Source: Entomortierella parvispora E1425
Taxonomy: Eukaryota; Fungi; Mortierellomycota
Length of the DNA stretch: 64,000 nucleotides
Assembly: GCA_020891255.1 (NCBI GenBank)
Contig: BQFW01000004.1
Location: 2,790,001-2,854,000 of the forward strand
Direction: 5' to 3'
The position numbers and the translations under genes were made by a program. Shown in pieces: positions 57,100 to 64,000 of the stretch. Below the pieces are notes generated by a model. It searched no databases and was not told the origin of the DNA. It saw only the letters and a program-made list of their open reading frames with translations. Numbering within the stretch: the first letter of the stretch is position 1; every line of letters begins with the position of its first letter.

Positions 57100-59139
57100 A
57101 TGTCCGGTGGCTTCATATCTGTTCCCTCGATCGGGGCTGTCCTGGTTCCATTGTTCGTCCTCGTCAGCGCTCTTTTTGGCCCAGGACTACTCAATGTTCC
57201 CTGCACTCCCTATCTCATCGTTGCGTTGAGTCTTGGGTATTTGGAGCGCCTTGGCCCCTGGTCTCGCTCTGTCATCTTCCCTGGTCTTTATCTACTGGCC
57301 TGTCTGACTGTCGGCACAGGTCTCGCGTACAGTGGCATGCTCCAGTCTGACGTCTGGGACAATTCCTTGATGGGGACGCCATTCTTGATCGGCCTTGGAG
57401 TTTCGATCATCAACTTAATCCCGTTATGGATCCATTTGGCCTGGCATCGTCGGTTCTTGCCCCAGGAGCGGTTCCAAAACGGAGGCCTGGCTCTCCTGGG
57501 AACCTTAGTTGCGCCTGCCGTCTGGGTGGCGCTGTTCACCATTATCTACGCGGTTAGTCCCATTGGATCTTATGGGTCGATTGCGTACACACAATTTCAG
57601 ATTGAACCTCTGGTGCAATGGGCTTCCGTGGCTGGCATCTCAGGAATCGAGTTCTATGTGGTGAGTCTTCGAGTTTTGTTTCGGCCCGTTTTTGAGAATA
57701 ATTATTGTTTGTCATGTAACAGCCGCTGGGCTCAGACTCGACAGCACGATGTTGACCAAGAAGGGCTTTCTTTTGACGCTTTTTTTCCAAATGTTTGCTT
57801 CTATGTTTACCATATTAGGTGTGGGCATCGGTCATCCTCCACAGGACCTGGAAGAACTATGTCCGCCTTGACTCCAGGGACAGCGATACACAAAATTGGG
57901 GCAACATCGGGCAAGGACGAGGAGACGGTTTGGACACCCGACGTTGTCATGGGCGCTTTAGGCTCTTTCGCCGAATTCTTTTTGCACCCGCGCCTACTTT
58001 TGTCATCGTCACCTTTGTGATCTTCCTGTATGGCTCGATGCGATTTTGGAACGGCAACGGGACTTTTTTCATGAAACCATTGAGCAGTACCATGCTCCCT
58101 ACCGTCCGCGCCAGCTGTGTGATTGGCTCCTCGGACTCTAACAATATGTCGGGGTATTTGAACCAAACGGTCGAATACGCGAAGCAGGGATCCGAAATTG
58201 TCATTTGGAGCGAAACCGCCGTCTTGATGAACAACTCTCAAATGGCTGACCAGTTTTTGAACGTCGCCAAGAACATCTCGACTACGTATGGCATTTACCT
58301 GGGTGTGACCTATTCTCAGTTTTTGGATGAGCAATTGGTCCAGAGCAAGAACATGTTCACATTGGTGGACCCCCAGGGCGAAATCGCGTTCATGTACCAG
58401 AAGGCACACCCGGTGACTATGGTGGAGACGACAGTAACCGCTGGGCCCAATGTCTTGCCGGTAGCAGATTCGGACAAGTTTGGACGACTGGGAGGTTCGA
58501 TTTGTTTCGACATGGATTTCCAGAATTTTATTGCACAAGCCGGGAAAAAGAAGGTTGATTTGATGCTACAGCCGAGCTGGACCTGGGGTAAGAGAATGAC
58601 TTGACCAAAGTTGCGAACCATGTGGACCATATCCAGCAAATGACGTTTCTGACGAGTGTCTCAAACCCTTCCCGTCGATCCTTTGTCACATAGGCTCTAT
58701 CGGGCGCCTGGAGGCTTCCATTCAATCTTTCAGAGCTGTCGAGCAAGGGTTCTCGTTGTTCCGTTGTGGCTCATGGGCACCTTCGACTGCCTGGGATGCT
58801 TACCATCAGCTCTTTGGTTACACCTACAATCTTGGTTCCGGCTCTTTCCACGCAGACATTCCCCTGCGCAAGCATGTCTCTACCATCTATACTGCTGTCG
58901 GCAGCTTGTGGTCATATATCTGCTGTGTTTACGCCATTGCCTCCTTGGTCTTGGTGCTGATCCCTCAACGGTTCTTGGACCAGGGAATGGCGCGACTTGG
59001 GGGTCACCGACTCTTTTTTAAAGTTGGATCGAATGATACCAGCATCGATGGTTCGAACGCGTCCGAGAACAATAACCAGCTTGCTTCTGTGGACCAGGAG
59101 GGTCTCGCGCATTCTGGAACTGCAGAGGAATCGGTGTAA
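57100..59139 (+). CDS. Apolipoprotein N-acyltransferase (Lnt)-like protein: multi-TM N-terminus + nitrilase-fold domain with E-K-C triad; 3 exons
   Basis: Several hydrophobic helices; PIGSYGSIAYTQ..QWASVAGISGIEF resembles the conserved Lnt GYSQ..P..G segment. Catalytic IVIWSETA, YQKAHPV and ICFDMDF; DLMLQPSWTW|G; RAVEQGFSLFRC. Introns at 57661-57818 and about 58589-58692. Confidence 0.85.
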
Positions 59140-60604
59140 GGAGACAATCTCCCAAAAATAAAGTTGTCTGTCCCAAACGGCCGGCTGAAATAAGTTGTGT
59201 AAATGACACTCCTCAAGTTTTTCTTTCTTTCCTCCCCCTTACATGAAAGATAAAAGAAATGGAGAGGTCCAAAAGTTCCCAAAGACTCTGCAGGGCCAAT
59301 GCACTCAGAGTGGATTGGACGGGTAACGCGACAGGTGGTCGAGAAATATATATGTTTTTTTTTTTTTGAAAGGTGGCGGTAAAATGTAAAAACTCAAGAA
59401 TTGGACTCTAGCAGTGCTCCCCGTTCTCACCCCTCCGGCAAAAGAAGGGTTCGCTCGACCCGAGTGGAATTTGCCAATGACGATTGGAGTGTGGATTATG
59501 GTCGGCGATGTTCCGAACATAGAGATGAAGAGTAGAGAGATGATCTATTATGAGGTCAGAGGATGTTGAAGCTAAAGGCACTGAGTGTCATATTGCACTT
59601 GTCATTAGTACCTTTGACACCCTGACCTAGCCTGACCACTCTTTATGGGATGACCGTGGAAGGATGGTCATGGTTTGGTGGTCAGCCAGCTATTCCATAC
59701 ATCCACATAGATATTAGTGATAATGAAAGGGTTGGTGGGTCATTTTGCGGGACGAGAAAAACATTTCCAGAAGAGTCTTCTACTAGGGCTGTTCCCGGTC
59801 TCTCCCAGCCCTCTCTCCACACGGTATTGAGCGCGTGCGCCTCAATCAGAAGGACACAATAGAAAAAAAAAAGCCAACAAAAAAAGAAAAAAAAAAAATG
59901 CCTCATTTTTGTCCTTGTTGCCCCTGCCTCTCCTTCACGAAGTCCACCACACCAGAACCAGGCGAGGTCTTTGGTCTGCAGTCGTGGTGTTGCGGCAAGG
60001 CAAAGAGGAGGAGCAGGGCAACCAAGGCAGGGCAACCAAGGCAAGGCAAAGGCAAGGAAAGTCAAAGCAGCAGGGCAAACGAAATAGCCGGGCAAGGGAA
60101 GGTAGCACACAGGGCAAGTGAATGGGTTGTGCTGCTATCTGGTTGAATGAGGTGGATCATGGTGTGCTGATAAAAATAATCCAGCAGGCATGGAGCAGGC
60201 AGACAGATAAGACGAGACATTGCTCTCTTCTCTCTATCTCTCCCTCTCTCTCTCTCTCTCTTCTCCAACAACTCGTTTTCTTTTGACCGTTCTTAATCAT
60301 CCTTCCATCCTTCCATCCTTCCACCCACCTCTCTCGTTTCAGACAGGCAAACAGACAGACAGTCATCCTCGTTTCCTAATTGAGCTGTCGCACTGAACAT
60401 TCTCGTCCATTGTCTCATTTGTCAGCCCCGCGTCTCTCTCCGTCTTGGCAATCGACTATTTCTACTCTATCGTTCTCCCATTTCTTCGTTTCTCTCCTTG
60501 TCTCTCGTCGCTCATCACCTCTCTCGTGTACATATTCCCTTCACTCTCCCTTGTAATCTACTCATCTTTTGTACCATACATACCCTCTTTCCACACTTTG
60601 CACA

Positions 60605-62435
60605 ATGGTTACCTTTTCAACTGACTACTGGGCTCCCGCCATGGAAGTCAATGTCCGACGACGAACCGAGAAAACCGGTGGTCTGACCGCAACAGCCGCC
60701 CCCGGTGCTCACCAGCCGCACCATGACGACCACTGGTCCACCCTGCGACAAGTCCCTACCCTCGAATCCTCCTCGACTTCTTCCTCCCACGGCGGTAATG
60801 GCAGTGTCGTCAACTTTCCCTCACCATATCCTTCAGATTCGACTCCAACTCTCAAGAAGACCCTTCTCGGTGGCGCCTCAAAACCAACGCCTCTTACTGT
60901 CCCCACCTCCAAGAAGCAGAACCTCATCCACAAGATCTTTCACCACGAGTCCAAAGGAAGCGCTTCGACTTCTCCTGAGGATGATCCTTATCTGATTGGT
61001 ACCTCCAGTCCACTCGAGAAGAAGAATCTGTTCAACTTTATGATCGGACGAGGCTCAAGCTTTGGCAGCGAGCGAGGAATCGATGCTGCTGCTGGCATGT
61101 CTGGTTCAAAAAAGAACGGCGCCCTTGGAACGAATACTGCCTTGACGATCGCCAACAATGACTGCACCCTGTTGAAGAAGTACGGACTTTGTGATAAGGG
61201 TCATATCGGCCAGGGAGCCACCGCCGTGGTCCGATTGGCACACAAGCTTGCCAGAGATGAGTCCAGCGAAAAGTTGTTTGCCGTCAAAGAGTTCCGGAAA
61301 CGGAATAAGGACGAGACCGAGAAGGAGTACGTCAAGAAGTTGACAAGCGAATTCTGTATCTCGTCCACTCTGCACCACGAAAACATTGTCGAGACGGTGG
61401 ATCTTGTCCAGGATGAACAGCACCACTGGTGTGAAGTTATGGTAAGGTTTGCTTTCATTTGTTGTCATCAGGCACTTTGGGAGGCACACCTGGAATTCCA
61501 GGGAGCCCATCATCATGGGAAGCAGGGTCAATGAGGTCAGGCAAAGGGGCGAGAACGGGCTGACATTCGTTGTTAGACTGACGCACATGTGGCACGGACG
61601 ACTTTAATCAGGAAGGCACCAAATCAAAAAAAAAAAAAAAAAGAAATCCCTCATTTGTTTGGTACTGTGCAACCATGATGATCGGGAAAGAGGACAAACG
61701 TGCGAAGGGGCTATTTTTTGGGCGCAATGAAATGCCTACCGCCTCGTACCCTACTTTTGCATGCATGTGTACTAATCTGCTTATTTTTATCTCTCTTTGT
61801 AGGAGTACTGCTGTGGCGGTGACTTGTACAACACTATCAAGCAGGGCCATATGTCCCGGATAGAGATCGATTGCTGCTTCAAGCAACTGGTCAATGGTGT
61901 CGCGTACTTGCATTCCATGGGCGTTGCCCATCGTGACATCAAGCCCGAGAACCTGCTGCTGGACGGACAGGGTCGCATCAAGATTACAGACTTTGGTGTT
62001 TCGGACGTCTTCCGGATGTGCTGGGAGAAGTCCCCTCATCTCTCCAAGGGTCTCTGCGGCTCTGAGCCCTATATCGCCCCCGAAGAGTTCCTCAGCAAAG
62101 AGTACGATGCCCGTTGTGTAGATGTCTGGGCCTGTGGTATCGTTTACTACTGCATGGTCTACCAGGGTATCCCTTTCCGAGCTGCCATGTCCCAAGATTT
62201 GAACTACAAGCACTTTTTGGAGATGCGCGCCGTCAACAATTACGAGCCATTTGAAAAGTTGCCCCTTGGATGCCGCACACTGATGAAGAAGATCTTGGAC
62301 CCCAACCCAAAGACAAGAATTACTATTGAGCAAATCAAAGAGGATCCTTGGTTCAAGAGCATTGAGACGTGTCTCCATGGCGAGAACCAGGACCCACATC
62401 GCCACCTTGAACCCTCCAATCCCTCAAAGTTCTAA
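60605..62435 (+). CDS. Ser/Thr protein kinase of the fungal HAL/Npr1/Hrk1/Ptk2 family, 2 exons
   Basis: IGQGATAVV, FAVKEF, KKLTSEFCISSTLHHENIVETVDL, WCEVM|EYCCGGDL, HRDIKPEN, DFG, CGSEPYIAPEE, DVWACG. Confidence 0.93.
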
Positions 62436-62904
62436 GGCGCTGGTCAGCCTGACTCCTCAGCGCGAAGAGTCCTAAAATGTAAAATAAAAAAAGCATTTGC
62501 AAGCGCAACTTGATTTTTCACCCATCCTGTCTTCCCAGCTTGCACCTTCTGACGTTTTGCGCCACCAATTGTGACTGCTGACAAATGAGGAGAAGGGGAG
62601 CAACGTCCTTCCATGTGCGGCTTGCATGAATGAACCTCAACTCGTTTTCATCCGCATCATCCATGGTAAAGGGCGCTTGCTTGACTCTGGAAAGGGAATC
62701 TGTCGACAGGAAACACCACCTACAGACCGCCTCACCGCTTGTGGGAGGAGCACGAGGCCGCGTCAATGGCACCCTTGTGACATGATCTCCAATAGGTCCA
62801 ATCGTGTTTCTCCCGTGGACATGTCTTTGGTGGAAATGTCCTCACTGCGTTGCCTGACCCTACTGTTCTTACTGAATTTTTTTTGGCTTCTCTTCCTCAC
62901 CTAG

Positions 62905-64000
62905 TCGCCGTTGAACCCCATCATTTATATACCCCCAACGGTCCTGGTGCTCGCGATTGGAGGGATTGTGGTCTACAACTATCATGATCGACTTTTGGAT
63001 GTCCGAGACAGTACCTTGAGGAGGCTCGGGAGACTCTGGACGTCCCGAGGTAGAGACGGTGGACGGTATGATCGGATTCAAGATCAGGATGTTATTGAGG
63101 CTGTTCAGGGATGGTCCCCCGGTCAGGATCCAGGATTGGGACAATTGGAGGACGAGGATTTCGAGTTTGATGAGGAGGAGGAAGAAGAATTGGATGGGGA
63201 GCAAGGTGATGGGGCTGGCGCTACACAGGGATTGGGAACAGAAGGCGACGAAGAAAGCGAACTGATGCCCGAGACCCTTGCAACCACAACCACTTCTGCA
63301 AGACTTCGGATGCATCACGAGATGGTCCAGCAGATGCGAGCGCGAGCTGGATTTGCACCCGAGCCATTCCCAGGTGACGAGCCAGGAGGAGGCGAGGGGA
63401 ACGATGACGAGGATGAAGACGATGAAGAGGAAGGAGGAGCAGGCACGTCGCAAGCACACGCTGCAACCGCAAATCATATTCGACGCATCGGCAAGAAAAA
63501 GGCAGAGAAACTTCAACGGAAGGAGCAAATGCGTGCTTATCGCGAGGTAACTACAAGAGACATGAAAAGCGCAGTGCGAAAGGAATCACAATGGAGAAAA
63601 GATTCCATGCTTTGAGGATCCGATTACCTGACCACATTTTCCTTTCTCTCTGCCCTTTTTGAATTAGTTTATGGATGCTCAACGAGAGGAGAGGCGACAA
63701 CAAGAGGAGATGTACAAGGCCCACGAAGCTGCACTACAGGAAGAGCGTCAACGGAAACGGGCGGCTCAAATTGAGAAGGATCGCCAGCGAAAAGAGCTTT
63801 TGAAAAAGAAGGAACTCAAGGATCAGGAATCCAAACTGAAGCAATCTCAGATCGAGAGCCTCAGAGATGAAACTGTCCGCAAGGAGCTTTTGGCTTACAT
63901 CCAGGTAAGCTACACTTTTTTGTGCTGTCTATGGGCTGCGGTCGAATATCTGCTGGTGTCTGTCTTGTTGATGTTGAATACTTGCGCTTTTTTTGCTCAT
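62905..64000 (+). CDS. Probable DDRGK1/UFBP1 homolog (TM anchor, acidic region, charged helix); start uncertain, runs off the right edge
   Basis: TM-like IYIPPTVLVLAIGGIVVY; acidic stretch; RRIGKKKAEKLQRKEQMRAYRE|FMDAQREERR..; ELLAYIQ followed by a GTAAG donor. This is similar to DDRGK1 KIGAKK..KLEEKQ and its following domain start. Confidence 0.55.

Overview
Eukaryotic, intron-rich fungal DNA. By inference it comes from an early-diverging fungus, most likely Mortierellaceae/Mucoromycota, given the animal-type CHFR, the probable DDRGK1, the short GT-AG introns and the microsatellite-rich spacers. The supplied ORF track ignores splicing, so genes were rebuilt by reading exon/intron junctions by eye; all family assignments are from remembered motifs, not database searches. 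About 20 genes can be supported: PIG-U/GAB1, a BARD1-like RING protein, CHFR, a four-finger CreA/Mig1-like factor, a histidine phosphatase, carboxypeptidase Y, a PRXL2-like redoxin, two GNATs, Rap1, a COG4757-like hydrolase, a compact bacterial-type ATP-dependent DNA ligase fused to a PBZ finger, an alpha/beta-hydrolase-PTP fusion, Scm3, aconitase, an Lnt-like membrane acyltransferase, a HAL-family kinase and a probable DDRGK1. There is also an intron-containing tRNA-Tyr. The 32.2-39.5 kb region is an accessory island: a 4.3 kb Mutator-like element with TIRs, a cargo gene and a 280-bp tandem array, followed by a MULE-derived gene decaying into a 48-bp minisatellite. The strongest candidates for undescribed biology are the LigE-like ligase-PBZ fusion (a possible poly(ADP-ribose)-guided repair ligase, with two further animal-type genome-maintenance proteins in the window) and the spliced eukaryotic homolog of bacterial lipoprotein N-acyltransferase Lnt.
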